Source: Perna viridis
Taxonomy: Eukaryota
Direction of reading: 5' to 3'
Assembly (NCBI GenBank): GCA_037379345.1
Contig: CM074511.1
Location: forward strand, 29,456,862 to 29,520,861
DNA: 64,000 nt
Shown here: in pieces, positions 15,401 through 30,400 of the stretch
Layout: the number at the start of each line of letters is the position of its first letter
How positions within the stretch are numbered: the first letter of the stretch is position 1
Notes under the pieces: generated by a model
Told to the model about the DNA's origin: nothing
What the model saw: only the letters and a program-made list of their open reading frames with translations
The model's database searches: none
Position numbers and translations under genes: made by a program

Positions 15401-18400
15401 GGTTTTTAAAAAAGATGTTATTGAACATTTGATTTAACTTTGTATTCAGAGCTGTATCAAGCTCAAATGTTATATCCTTGTCAGTGTTTGACCTCAAAAT
15501 CTGAGTCCTATCAAGTTGGACTCTGCTAAGCATTACACCTTAAGTTTTTTTTTTTACCTTAGTGGATTTCGGCTATTTCAAATCCAGATTTTACTGTTAC
15601 AATTCTTTTTTTTTATTGTATATTTACTTCCGATTTTGCCTATTTCTGCTTTTTTTGTTGACCCTGTAAATTCATCTCTGTTTGGAATAAATACTTCCTT
15701 AAAAATGGTGTGTAAATTCATCTCTGTTTGGAATAAATACTTCCTTAAAAATGATGTATTTTTGTGAAACAATAGACATATTTGAATAGTTTCCATTGTG
15801 GTTAGCTTCTTTGTAATGATTGAATATGTCTAGTACCAGGAAGTTGACTTGCCTTTATTTATACCCTCACTCAACAAGTGGGTGGTATATTGGAATCACC
15901 TTGTGTATCTAAATTTTTGTGGCAATTATCTTAACTCTCAGTGGATGGATTGATTAAAAATTGGATGTGTGGCTTCATATAGATAAAGCATATGTTGTTA
16001 GTGATTTTTATTGCTCTCCAATATCGACTTCCTGTACGAGTAGGGGTAATCCTAGCAAGACAATGCAAACTTCATGTTTCAGTGAGACAATAAATGCGCA
16101 CTCATTTTTCAACACAATTGTCAACTACAAACTGTGTTAGTACAGGGTGCTAGATTAAACGGTTGTTTATTCCTCAGTTAGAATTTCATTTCTTCCTGAC
16201 TTATTCCACATCCAACAGATTAGTTTTTACTACATGTACATGTTAATCTTTCTGAATTAAACTATTTTCTATTTATATACATGTGAAGAATCAGCTGTCA
16301 TATGATTCTATTATCCTGTCTCCTTGTTATAATTTTATGAAATCTTAAGTAAACATCATATAATGGAAAACCTTAAAATAAGCTGGGATTTAAATTTACC
16401 TTTATGAGTAGAAGTTTTTATCTTCATCAAGTTCAATATCCAGTGAAGAAAATCAGAAGGCTGCAAAAAGCGTCATTTAAAAAGGTTGAAAGTAGACGAC
16501 CCAGGTGTATGAGATTTCATAGGTCATAGGTCATTAATTGAGAGTCCCTGACCTTAGACTACCACTAATTTGAACCACTGTAAACTGTTATTTTTTTCCC
16601 ACAAACTAGAAATGTTAATAAAACCACTGATGTGTGTGATTATTATAGGTTTTAAAAAAAAAAAATGCTATAAAATCAACAAAACTTGCCTTGGACCTCA
16701 ATGTTAAATGTGTTATACAGAAGATATTTTCTTTGTTAGATGAGTGCAATTTTGATATCATTTACCTCTTTAATCTCCTTATTGATGACATGATTACAAT
16801 TTGACAGGCTAACAGTCACACATGGAAGTGGTTTGATGACAGTAATGGAAGATGGTGTAAATACAGTTTGAGTAATAACAAAACTATTGACGATGCCTAT
16901 CAGGCAGGAGATGTTAATGTACGATTCCAAGCTGGAAGGAGGCGATATACAGTCCACTTTAATTCCATGGTTCAGGTAATGTATTGAAATAGCTGAAATT
17001 CAAGTATACATGATGCATTCAATCTTGATTCTTCTGTTTGATAAATTTTACATTCATTGTATGTTATGATTTGAAAACCGTGCATTTGTGGACGATAAGT
17101 CCTATTTGAAAGTAAAATGCCACAAACACATGAAAAATATTTACTTATTTAATGAATACTGCTTCTTTACCCTTCATCAATGATGAATCTGAACAGACAA
17201 GCATATATCTGAACATTGCCTGTTGAATATCAGAATCTGAAGGACTTAACTACATTAAAATCTAATGATATACATAGAAATATCAAGATGAAGAAAACTC
17301 CAATGGATTTGATATTGATGAAGAACATTTGTATATGTTTCTGAGTACAATGTATTTTTGTTATAACAAAAATGAAATTACTGCTGTTGTTGATATAGAA
17401 ACAGTAACTTGAAACTTGAATACTTTTTTATATAGGTAAATGAAGAAACAGGGAACAGGAGACCAATTATGCTAAATTTACCTGCAATAGAAGAAAAACA
17501 ACAAGCTAAGGAAGATGAGAAATACGGAGTTAAAAAAGGTACTTTTTAAAGAGAAGCTTATTTTATCCCCCATTCCAATAAAGTTTGTTTGAGCTATACA
17601 TGTAAATGGATAATAACTTTATGAGTGTTATAAAGAAGGAACATTAATTGGAAAGAAGTGGGGATAATTCACCATCAAGTTTTTTTTTCTCAACCAACAA
17701 ATTATTTATTTTATGTGTCCTAGCTGGTTACATGCATTGTAGGTAATTAAATCATTGAAAAAATAAATATGTTATGATTCTTACAGAAGCAAAAATGGAA
17801 ACTGAACCCACAGAGAAGACCAAGGATGTACCACCATCATATCCTGGGTTAACACATGATCATGTTACTAATATTATCAGGTATAGTGGATTAGTACTTA
17901 TTTTTTTACACATATTTTGGCAGACTTATTATAGAATTCCTCTGCTCATTTTATGACATATCCTAAAATAACTCAATAACACTTTAGGGATTTGTCCTTG
18001 AAAGTAATGTCCATTTTGTCTTTCATTGGTTTTCAATTTGCCATACTTAGTCGTTCATTAACTAGTGTTTTGAGAAAATATATTATAAACATTATTAAAA
18101 CCATTAAGGGCAGTTGATCTTGTATTAAAATAGCAGTAGGCTAAATTATTAAGTTTTACTTAACATCAGGACGCTTATCCTACCGGTGCACCTGGTCCAT
18201 GCTCTCAGTTGAGTCCGAGTTGCTCATTTGCTTTTGTTACTTTGTATGTATGATTTTAGTTACTTCATGTTCTTTGTTGTGTAAATCTGTTTTCTATGTC
18301 TGGTCTTTGTCCCTGGATTATATTCTTTTGATTACCGCTATAATCTTGATTCTCTTGATTATTCTATGACATTCAAGTTAAATGATTAAGACAGATGCAC

Positions 18401-21400
18401 TAATATTCTATGACATTCAAGTTAAATGATTAAGAAGGATGCACTAAGTAACTTTCAAGATGAGAGTATCTGTTACTATGATGAATCTTAATTGACAAGC
18501 ATATGACAGAAACTTGCATGTTGATTCTGGATGTCTGAGTACATTTGCAATATATAGTTTTTAACAATTCAAAAGTGCAGTTTTTGAGAAACATGACATG
18601 GTAACATACTAAGTATGAGTTTTAGCATTCATAGAAAAAAATACATTGGGTCAGGAGCAAGAAATCTATTAAAATGCATTTTGGAATTAAATAAATGGGT
18701 TAGATGTACTTACCTGAACATATCAGACTTTATTTTCTTCCACTAAATATGTACTTCTGCTATTTCATATCTAGATATTACTGTTCTGTTTTGGTTCCAT
18801 AAAATCATGTCTGTCATATATAGTGATAGAACATTAGCATAGACAGATGGTGATGACTAATGTTATCTATCTTGTACATTTCAGATCTGTGGTTGTGTTA
18901 ATTGGTGTTCCAGTAGAGGCTGATTGTCTTCATGCTGCATTACGTTTAGTGTTAAGATTAACTCGTGAACATAAATATGCCACGTTATTCGCTGATCTTG
19001 GTGGACCTAAATTATTGTTGAACTTGACTCAATCTTCATATTTCCAAGGATTTATTTCTTTAGTGACGTTAATATTTAGACACGTTATGGAAGAAAAGGA
19101 TTCATTACGATATTGCATGGAAAAGGTAATAATTTTTCTTTTTCAACCAAAGCAAAACAATTCAATGTAAGTTTGTGCTTGTGTCCTTGCATTGTGTATC
19201 TTCATGTCTGTCATGTGACCTATGTGATCGAATACAATGCTACATTAACAGTAGTGATTGGCATCGTTGGGTAGAGGTTTTGTTCAGTAACTTTTATCCT
19301 GGTTTTGTAGCTAGACAGACCTTCAGCGTTAATTGTTTGTGCATTTTGTGTGTTCACCTTACAAATATACCTATTTATTTAATATCCTAGAATAAGACTA
19401 TTCCTAATTCCTGAATGAAATAAAATTGAGGAAATCCTTAGAAGTGCCAAGAATCATAGGCATAGAACATGAAAGTATGATTAGAACAAATTTGAATTTA
19501 AAAACTATTGCAGTCATTTATATATAAGAAAGACATTTTTTATGCTCCAGCTCTGCTGTTTGTATTTATATAAACATGTCCTGTGAATAAGTGTTGCAAA
19601 AATCTCTGCAATACTTAATGGGAAAAACATATGTAATGTTAAGTATGCAGCCTCATCTTGATGGTGTACTGTGTGCTGTTGTATATTGAAGACTTTTGAC
19701 TAAATAATACATCAACTTTAAGTTTGTTGACTTTTTGTTGCTCAAAGCTTGGCAACGTTTCATGAGATTGATTTGAAATTTAAAAAAAAAAAAAATTAAT
19801 GGGAGAACTTTCAGATTGTTATCGGGTTTCTAAATGATTGATGGTATTGTGTCTGAGACTTGGTTCGGTGCCACAACCACTTCCTGTTTGATGTCCCTTT
19901 TTATTTTTGGAATGACAGGGTGTCTGTGTCCCAAAACCCATTTCTTCTAATCTTTTTCTCTCTCAAAACCTTAAATAATTAATCCTGGTACAAAATGTAA
20001 CAGTATTATGAATGTTGATATTTGCAGGTTGTTAAAAAAGTTACAACTGGACACTGGGATGACCGAGGAGTCACTCAGCACAGTATGGGCAATAAAGAGC
20101 TTCATTATGTATTGAGACTGCTTGGTCCGGCAGCCTGTAGAAATCCTGAAATTTTTTCAGAAGTTGTCAAATCTATATTACGGATAGGATTACCTCCACC
20201 ATCAAAAAAAGGTACCTTAAATGTTGTGTGTCACCTCTTGATATTGTATAAGTCCTTGCAGTATTGGTTTATTTGTCAGAAAAAAATAGGGGTGTACTGA
20301 TACCCCAAGTACAGAAAATTCGAACAAAGTGTCAAGTTAAGTCTTGATTCATTGTCATGGGGCTCTTGTGAAGGAGTGAATGCCAAAGTGCCTTCAAGTC
20401 AACTTTAAAGTATGAGACATTCCAGAATCTGCTGTAATTGTAAGCACCTTTTTGACAAATTGAATAAGGTACTTTGTATTGAAACATACATTTTTGTATA
20501 TGTTGGCTTTTTTTTTTATTTTGAAGACTAAATAATACTGGATGTGTATTTTTTTATTTCAAAACTAAAAGTATCACGATGGAAATAAATATTGTAATGT
20601 GGAGACTTGCTTATACCTTTAACCTTTAGAATGTTTAGGAGTATTTTGGAGTATTTTCCAAATGAGTTCTATTAGAAAATTATAATGCATTGATATGCAA
20701 ATGGGACAGTGTTTCTAACTAATTGCTAATATGTTGATGCATTTATCAGTGATGAATCTTAATAGACAAGCATATATCTGACTTGTGCATGTGGAGACTG
20801 AGATTCTGAGGATTATGAGAATGTTATACACACAGAACAATTCAAAGTATGCCCGTATGGTCCACAGAAGCCTGGGCTAGATTAAAAATTTAAATTGTGA
20901 TTCAAAGCTTTGAAAGACATTTTGTATAATTACATTTCCTTACTGTTGTGAAGTATATTAGGGTTATTTCAGGAAAATGTATGGGAGGTTTGTACAGCAC
21001 ATTTTTTTTATACCCTACCACCCATAGAATTAAAATTAAATGTTCATAACAAAGTATTACTATGTATGCCTAGAAATACCCCATCCATACAATTTTTTAA
21101 AGATGCAGTCCACCCCCTCCCTTTCCTGTACATTTTTTCCTGGAATAATCCTTATTTTATTTCATCAATGAATGAGGTATGATATGTGTTGTCTTTCCCC
21201 ATTTGATTTTACTTCAATTTCGCTTTACACTCATTTTCTGATGTCTTTTGATGCTGATTTTATCATGTGACTCTGTGAAATGTAACAGCTGAAAACAGTT
21301 GCACTTAACACATGTTTATATCATTAAATGATTGATGTGCATGTGTTTTCTTGTAGATGAGGATGAAATCCGGTTTTATGGTCCAAGTTATCCTCAGCTT

Positions 21401-24400
21401 CTAAAATGTATTGGCAGTAAACGTACAGTTAACTTTACAGTAGAATCTCCTTTGAAAGAAGTCCTCTTTGATCTCCTTAATGCATTGATATGTAAATGTG
21501 ACTATGCTGAAGAAGGTAATTAGAAAAAAATATATAATTTTATGTAGCATAGCAAATATCAGTATAGACATTCTTTCAAGACGTTTTTTATATTGTGTAA
21601 TACAATGTTTGACTTGAGGTTTCAGTGATGAATACAAAATAAGACAAGCATATATCTGAACAATGCCTGTTGATATTATTATTCTGAGACAGACTTGAAA
21701 TAGAGCAATAATTGATTTCAATGATCACAATTACAGCACTTACAATAATGATGTTTATTGAGTAGAGATGGGCTTCCCTCTATTGAATGATCATTACATT
21801 CATCAGGTAGTTATATAGCCAATCAACCTTAAATATCAAAGAAATCACCTGTTTAGTGGTTGTTTGAATCAATGTTTTTTATAAAAAAAAATAAATCTCA
21901 ATTGTCCATTTAACTACATGAGGCAGTACATCAGGTAATTGTAATTTATTCAAAGGAAGACCAATTGTATTCCCCAAACATTATCAGTGTATATGTATAA
22001 TCCATACGGTGGTATTTATCAATTGTTTTTGAAAATTAAATCCATTAATGAAATTAAAATAAAGATTGTGCTCACTATGAAAAACTGGTTGTTTTGTTTT
22101 TACCATTTTATTTCACATGTGATGATTGTTATTGCAAAGAAAAATTCTAGGGCTGATTGGCCCTGTTAAATGTGGTCAAATATAAAAGAATGCATCAGTA
22201 TGATACCTTTGATGGGAGTTCAATGATTTAAGGACATGATATTAATGTTAACTTCATTAGTGACTAATTTTAATTGTTAATTTTATTTATGTTTGATACA
22301 GATAATAAAGTACAAGAACCTAAAACTTTGTTAGAAACAGTGGCAGAAGCTGAAAGAACGATAGCGAGACAGAACAGTGCAATAGATATGGTCACAGAGG
22401 ATGATACTTCTGTAAGACATCTCTTTTAAGTTGCAAGGATTTTGTTTTTACGATTTGAATTTAAATAGTTCAATGAAAAAGTTTTTGAGGATTTTATGAA
22501 AATACAATGTACTTTCCTGTAACTAAATAATCTGTTTTCCTGTAAGCATGGAAATCGTTTTTATTTCAGAATTTTTTGAGGTATAAATGTATTTGAATTT
22601 CATTTTCTACTTTCATTTATATTGTAAATGGTAATAAGTTGGTAAAATCTTCATTGTATTTGACTTGTATCTTGTATTTTGCAGAGTCAAATAGAAACTC
22701 TTTCAGAACCTAGCACATTAAAGGACAATAAGAAAGATTCCAAGGAGGACAAGAAGTTACAAAATCCATTGATGCCAAAGTCTGCAGTATTACGTTTATT
22801 ATCTGAAATGATCAAATCTTACTCAAGTTGTACCAGAATTATTACTAATTATACTTACCATAGTGGACAGTCTGATTTAGTCTCTGAGGTAAACTTCACA
22901 TTTTTGGAAATTTTCATTTACTGTGAAAATTGACTACACAAATATATTACTCTCTATTTAATTAGATTATACAAGTTATTGAATACTGTGTACACAAATA
23001 TTTTTTTAACTATTATTGAGTTGAATATATAAGTCAATGAATGCTGGTTGGGAAAACCTTTCAATGCTGAACCTGCAAACAAAAGTTAATGCCAAAATAA
23101 CTATTGTACAGTATAACTTTCTTTGAGTGTCCTTGAATTTGTTCTCAAAGCATTCTTGTGTACGATTGACCTCTTTTTTCTTGGGTCATTTAGAAATGGA
23201 AGAATGCTACATTAACTTCTACTTCTAGAGACACAAATTGACTTTCATGTTATTTGTGGGTTTTATTGTAGTTACAAGTTGAATCAGATTATGCTACATT
23301 GCAAAGTAATCTGTAGAACAGAACATAAATGATGTGATATGATTTGGCTTTTTCTTTTATTAACATTATGCAATCACAATATTTCATAAGACATGAAGTG
23401 TGGCGAACACATCGATAAATGTTTGAGAAAACCTCGTTTGGAGTAAAATATTTGTCCATGTAAGTCTTGTGTTTTAATTTACTTAGGTTCAAATTGCATT
23501 GTAATAACTGTAACAGGAAGTTGTCTGATCAAGACTGGTTTCACTTCATCCAAGAAACTTGGTCTCTATACAGTTTGATATATTGAACTGTTATGTTGGT
23601 TCTTTTTTTCAGGATTGTACAGTTTTAGCCTTTGTTCTGGATAACTTGTTGCCTCAGTGCCAGAAATATGGAGATAAAGACTGTCCAGCTTATTCAAGGA
23701 TATTCCTTGCCTGTATTGCAGCATGTAATCATAGTCCCGATGCTCAGTTAGCTCTTGTTAGTGAACTAAAAGCAGCTCTTCAAAGAGCTCTGGCATTGCC
23801 AGAAAGTTCTGAAAAGCATACAAAGATTCAATCATTGACCAGTTTGATAAGTGTGATAATTGAGTCGTGTCCAAGTCCAGGCCAAATTCCTAATCAAGTT
23901 TTCAAGGGACAACAGACTTTAATTAATAATATAGTAAAAAGTTTATTGAAGAAAGGAATTGTGACTGATTTAGCAAGAATTCCACATAGCTTAGATTTGT
24001 CAAGTCCATATATGGCAAATACAATTAACTCTGCATTGAAGCCATTGGAAACTTTGTCTCGAAGTGTTAACCAGCCTCTTCAAAGTGTGACAGCTAAAGC
24101 TAAACAGAAGACAGAACCTCCTGTGGCACAGCAGCAAGCTGTTACTGTCACAGAAAATAATGCAACAGGTTTGTACAAGCTTACATCTGGAGAAAATTAT
24201 TGATATTGTATTTATCTTGTATATTGTTCAAATATATAATCATTAGTCTCTGTCTAGTATATATTTTTCTCTGTAGACAGATACCAGATCCTTCAGAAAA
24301 TATTCTGTATTGTGTCTTTTTAATCATTTCGCCAGAAAATGTTATGTTGTGTGATCAGCTTATTACATATTATAGTTTTGTTTGGCTAGTCCCTTAAAAT

Positions 24401-27400
24401 GGTTAATTCTTTCTTTGTTGGGGTTGAACGTCCTAGCAGCAATTTAAAAATGGTTAAATGTTGAAGCATTCTTGTGTACGACTGTTCCTTTCTCATGGGT
24501 CATTTAGGAAGGGAAGAATGCTAAATAAGCTTCCACATCTAGAGGCACAAATTGATTCCATGTTATTTGTGGGTTTTATTGTGGATACACTAATTTAAAC
24601 CCTGACAGTCTTTGATACTTCAGATTTTAGATTTTAAAGATTTTTTCAAGTAGTGATGTTTTTTTTTTTTTTTTTTTAATTTTGTTGAATGCAGCATTTT
24701 TATACTGTAGAACAATATTTCTGTTTAGGAACATTTTTCCTGGATATATTGTATGATATCTAAAAAGTTGTATTTGCATGAATTTTAATAATGCTTTATA
24801 CCACCTGATTATTTTGAATTTTTATTCATACTTTTTGTGTCATGATAGTGCATAGTCTGATTTAGAAAATGATTTTTTTAGTTGCAGAAGCAGCGCCAGT
24901 AGAAAATGAGATAGGAGAGGTTACAATTGAGGACATCACAGAAGAGGAAGAAGACCGTCATGATGAGTTGGAAGAAACAGAAGATTTCAGTGCTGTAGAG
25001 CCTGTTAATGACACTCCAGTATGTGACATTTGCCTGTATTAGATTTTATTGCTGGGTTTTCTATCCCTTTGAAAAGTTTAAAGCAGGTCTTGACTCTTAT
25101 TTATCTCATTTTGAGAACATGTCCCATTGCAAAAACAGATTGGATTTTAAATGAAAAAATAAGGGATATGATTTTTAAGTTACTTGTACATAACATTAAG
25201 AAATATGTTTTTCTCTAAAATGGTGAATATAGGAATGTTATTAAAAAAAAATTGCATTTGCCAGAAGAAGTAATAATCCAAAATTGATTGATAGTATTTC
25301 AAAAATTTATATTAGGCTCCTGAGGAATTGGATGATGTTTTAGATGAGATGTTGAACAGGGAGGGCAACAGAAATCCTGAGAATGAAGTCATTGGGGATA
25401 TTATCATGGATGTCACTGGTAATTTAATGCTTAAGATATATATAGGTTTATAACATAACCTTTAAAAACTTAATGGTTTAAATGACAACTAAAATTTTGT
25501 TCATATTTAAGATGTTTTGATCAAAATCTAAAGGCTTGTACAGATGATAAAATGCACATTAGATACCTAGCCAAACCGAAAAAAACAAACAAAAAGTAGG
25601 TTAGGTTCATTTGTGTTGATATTGCAGCCATCTGTTGTTCATTTGTCCTTCCTTTGTTTGATCAGGAGATGTGTGATGGTGTCATAAAGTTACGTAAAAA
25701 AAAAGAGTTTATGTTTCTGTCTTCTCTACTTAACCTTAATGTATGAAAGTCAAGGTTGCTTTGAAAGGTTATATTTAAATTGAAAATAACCTGGGGACCT
25801 ACAAGATATTTTGTGTTCTTTGTTTTTGACCTGGAAGTGCAGAATGCATGTTGACTCGGTATACTAAGTGTCAGGGTTTGAAAGTACTATTAGTTAGCAA
25901 GCCCGTGTTTAGTAAGATCAGTCACGGTCTAGCAAAATGCTTTATTGTACCGGTCTGGTGGTTTAGAAGAATTTTCCGGAAATGTACCTAGAATTAGTAA
26001 TTTCATAATTCGAACATGCGTCGATATTGATCAATGTCAAGGTAAACCTTCTCAGCCTTTCTCATAACACCAAGGTAAGTATTTGAAGTGTTGGAAATAT
26101 CCGAGTAGTTCCGAAAAAAGGTAAACATGTGACGACACTTTGAAGGGGTATTGAAACGTACCCCTCAAAAATGATCCTCCAATTAAATAGGGGAACAAAA
26201 TAAAGTGTACGAGTCCACGAAGAGGCGCTGAACATTTCAGAATCATTGAGCAAATGTCTAGACATGGCTTTAATACAAATCTGAAAGGGAATAGATGTAT
26301 TGTAAATATTGTCATAAACGCTAGTAGGAATAGTGACTACCACAATAAGACAATAACACAATAACACAAAAAAAGTGATATCCACCATGCCATGAAAGCT
26401 CTGAGTCTGAATATGAATCTGACATTGACTTTCAGTTGGAACCAGATGATAAATAAAAATGTGTTCACTGTTGCAATTAAAATTGTTGTTTCATAGCATG
26501 TTAATCACTTGAAATTTGCGACCTTTCAAGTTCTAAGATAATATTCTGTGTTGTCTTCTAAGTTCCACTTTTGGGTCACTCTGAGCTATTAGTGAAATAA
26601 GATGAGACACCATCAAAATATTTAAAACTCAATATACAGCTTTGTTATATGGATAATACCAAAGATAAACATTTCTACTTTGCTCTGATTTATATGAAAA
26701 GATAGTTTGATGTGATTTTTGAGAAAAAATATTAAAAAAAACTGGAGGTACTGCGATGGTTGCGGACGTCACCATGTCAAATTTGAAATGGATTGCATTC
26801 CATGGATATTACTTTTCATTAACCTTTTACCTGTGTGTAGATTAAATAGACAAGCAATCAGCTGTTTTCTTGTGAGGAACTGTAAATTCTTTTTCTGCAG
26901 TGACTTCAATCTCTTGATAACACACTGGCGACGGACGTGACCAAAAAAAAATTGTTTTCTTTTTCTATCTTCATTTTTTATTATAATAAACAACCAGTTG
27001 TGAGGTAATAATTGGTGTTTTATTATCTTATTACCCCAAAAAGAATACTAAATTTAAAAAAAAGAAAAATATTGTTACTTTTTTCAGAATGCTTTGGTTT
27101 TGGATGTTATTTTGACATGTTGACATTTAGGAATTTAATAACGTCCAGAACTTGACCAAATTGAAAAAGCTGTGTGTTATATTTCAAAAATGAAGACATG
27201 AACAATATTTGTAACACACCATTCATTTCTTTCTCCTGTTTAGCTTGTTTCTGTTCCAGCTTTACAATTGTTGTGTTCACAACCATAGTGTTTTTGGCGT
27301 GAAGATCAAAATCCAGTTACCTTTGGTTGTTTTCTGTCTTTAAACATGTTAAATCATATTACAATGCACATAAAAATGAAATCAAAATGGTGAATACTTC

Positions 27401-30400
27401 TTTATTGATTCTATTAAAACAACAAATAGTATGAGTGCAAAATTTATTAACTAGAGGCTTAAAGGAACCAATGTATCGATCAAGTACTTAAATTTGCCCT
27501 ACAAATGCAATTATTTTGAACAAAATAGTTATTTGTTTAAAAATGTTAATAAAATTTGCAATCAAGGAAAATATAGACATGTAATTAGAGCATTAAACTT
27601 ATGATCTGACTGTAATATTTGTCAATAACCTTTTGCTTTTTATGCAATTTCATTTAAAATGATGTATTTGAAACCTATAGTTAATTCGATGATCGTAATC
27701 AAAATCATAATTAACTTATATTTCATTTTGCAGTTTCTGAAATATTGTGGAAATTTAATTATAGATTTATTACCCTCTAAAAAAAATGGTGGAATTTTAA
27801 TTAATTCCGGTCTGAAAAATGGTTAAGTGAGGTTACTTCAAAATATTTGCAACAAAGTTATTAAGACTTAAGTTACGATGTAATAATAAAATTAACTTAT
27901 ATTTCATTTTGCAGGTTCTGAAATATTGTGGAAATTTAATTATAGATTTATTTCCCTCTTAAAAAAAGTTCACCTTGTCTGTAGTAAAACTTCAAAATGT
28001 TTGCCTAGAATTCAGCATTGAAATTAATCAAAGTCAATCAACCATGCCTAATAAGGATGGGATGCTGACAGACTTCAAACGATACTTGCCTACAATAAGT
28101 AACACGATCATACTATTTGATAAATAAACTTGAACCTTAAACTTAACCAAAGTCAATCAAGCATGAAACATAGGTCAAATTGCCCAAATACGGGTGAGAT
28201 GCTGACAGACTTCCAAAGATACATTTCCTCTATAAGGTACATAGTTTCTTAGAAATTAACTTTGATGCAAAACTTAACAACTCTTAAGGTGGACCAAAAA
28301 CCTCTCTAAAGCCATTTAACCATGAAATATAGGTCATGTGACCTCAATTTTTGGGGAGGAGGTAGCTAGCCTCTTTGTTTCTTAGAAAAAAATTCAACTA
28401 ATAATGTCTGGTATTTTTTTTTCGTCATTTGTAACATCCGAGCAACAAACGTATATCCCCCCTGGCTGAACATGCTGAAATCTTCTTACAGTTGAATCTG
28501 TTTACTACTTCAAGGATGATATTACAATAGCTAAGATGGGACACATTTGTCCTTGTAATTCTATCTTCTCATCAGACAATTAAGTCACAGACATTATTTT
28601 TTGCTTATTGACCACAATGATATTCTTGTACTGTTAAGAATACCTGTCAAATTCTCATGTCCGTTACCAAAAATATTGGTTATCGGCTGCAGTAAAGTAT
28701 TTAGTTTGTATTGATAAACTATCTTGAAAAGTATGTTTAACTGGCTCCATCGTATGTTCATGTTAATTAACTGCTTTCTAAAAAAGTATCAACCGTTATT
28801 TTCCATTTTGCTTGACCGACACACTCACCATTGACTTCTCTGCCATGTTTGTGTATGTACACGGTTATTGATGACGTTAACAACAAAAGGTGACATAATA
28901 AGGCAAAAACGGAACGATAGGTCGGTGTAGGAGAAAATCGTTACCGGGTTTCTCTAACGAGTTTTTGACATTATTAATTGACCGACAGAGATAGAAGTGT
29001 TAATATCAGGGTGAGAAAAATGATTTGGTTGGGAATAAATTAATAAAAAAAAAGTCTGTAACTAATCATCAATGATAGCTATATGAGAAAACAGTTTGGA
29101 TGCTTTCTTAATAGGGAATTTATGACAGCAATATGAAGGTTAAAGTAACAGATGTTTTGACAGACACAGTGATGTCCGTAACCGTCTTTTAAACCAGAAA
29201 ATAAACTATGTTAGGAACAAAAAGTAGATTAGTTTTACCTTTCTGTTTATTATTTCATCCTTTTTGTGTGAAAATCTGCTTTCAATGTATTTTTACTTAC
29301 CATTTGATAATACTCTAACTCCAAGTTTCAACATGGGGTTGATTTGTCCCAAATATGGCTACCATTATCAGTTGACAATCAACATTTAGTAAGAGATACT
29401 CTTGAAATTAGGAGCTTAACTCATATATATTTTTAGAGTCTATGTACATTGATCATAATCACTAGTCCAAGGGTATTTTGAAGGCACATCCAGATTTTAC
29501 TGAGATGTTCCATAGCCTTGAAGTGACAGACGTTATTATTTCCTAATAGCTCAGAATGATCCTTTTATGAAAAATAAACCACCTTGTGTCATTCAGTTCA
29601 GGTTTCGATCAAGGCTATGAAATCAGGTCTAGTAGCTTATTTGCAGGTCTGGGTGTTTTTTTTTTGTCTACTAGACCTGTGGCCTAGACAAATATCTAGA
29701 CTTATTTCGATCCCTGAGTGTATAGGTTAAATAGTAGAATCCCTTAAAGATAAAATCAAAATTTGTTTTACAATTGTAGAAGATGCTAGAACATCAGAAC
29801 ATAGCGATCATGATGATGTATTGATAGATGTGGAGGTACCAGATGAGGACGATATCGACCACCATGACTCTCAGATGGTCAGTCAGGAAATCTCTATAGA
29901 TGATGACCCTGATGAAAACACTCATGGTATGGTTGATTACAAGGGTCAGAGTTTGCGGAGGTTGTTTATAACATTATTTTGGATTGAGTAAATTACGGAT
30001 TTGCTGTCATATATTGGTATAACACTGTTGTCACTGTCATCCATGGTTCCATGGTTTTGTGCAGTAACTTGAATATTAGTTGGATGATCTTCATTTAATT
30101 TTATTACAAGGTTCCAAACCACTGTTATGCCTATAATATTGTTCCACAATATTCTATACCAAAATGGTAAGACTCGGATTGATTTTGGGATGTTAAGACT
30201 TAAACATTTTAGAAATTAGGGGCCTAATGGATGGGAGGGAGTCAGAAACAACCATTTTCCTGGTGTCCAGACATTGTCTTAATTATGAGTGAAAATATCT
30301 TTAATTTTACTACAAGTGTCGTACCACAAAAGGAATAATGAAGTTGATTCTGGGGTTTGCACACTGATTAAATCTAGGTGGTGTTCTGCACGTTTGATCA

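Noticed and set aside
10416-19390. Recurrent peptide [19 protein letters not shown] in ORFs 10416, 13347 and 19175
   Set aside because: Chance translation of the SNORA8-like repeats, not a Cys-rich protein.
8171-21690. Dispersed short repeats resembling a CRISPR or other repeat array
   Set aside because: Eukaryotic, irregular kb-scale spacing, one per intron; fully explained as C/D snoRNAs.
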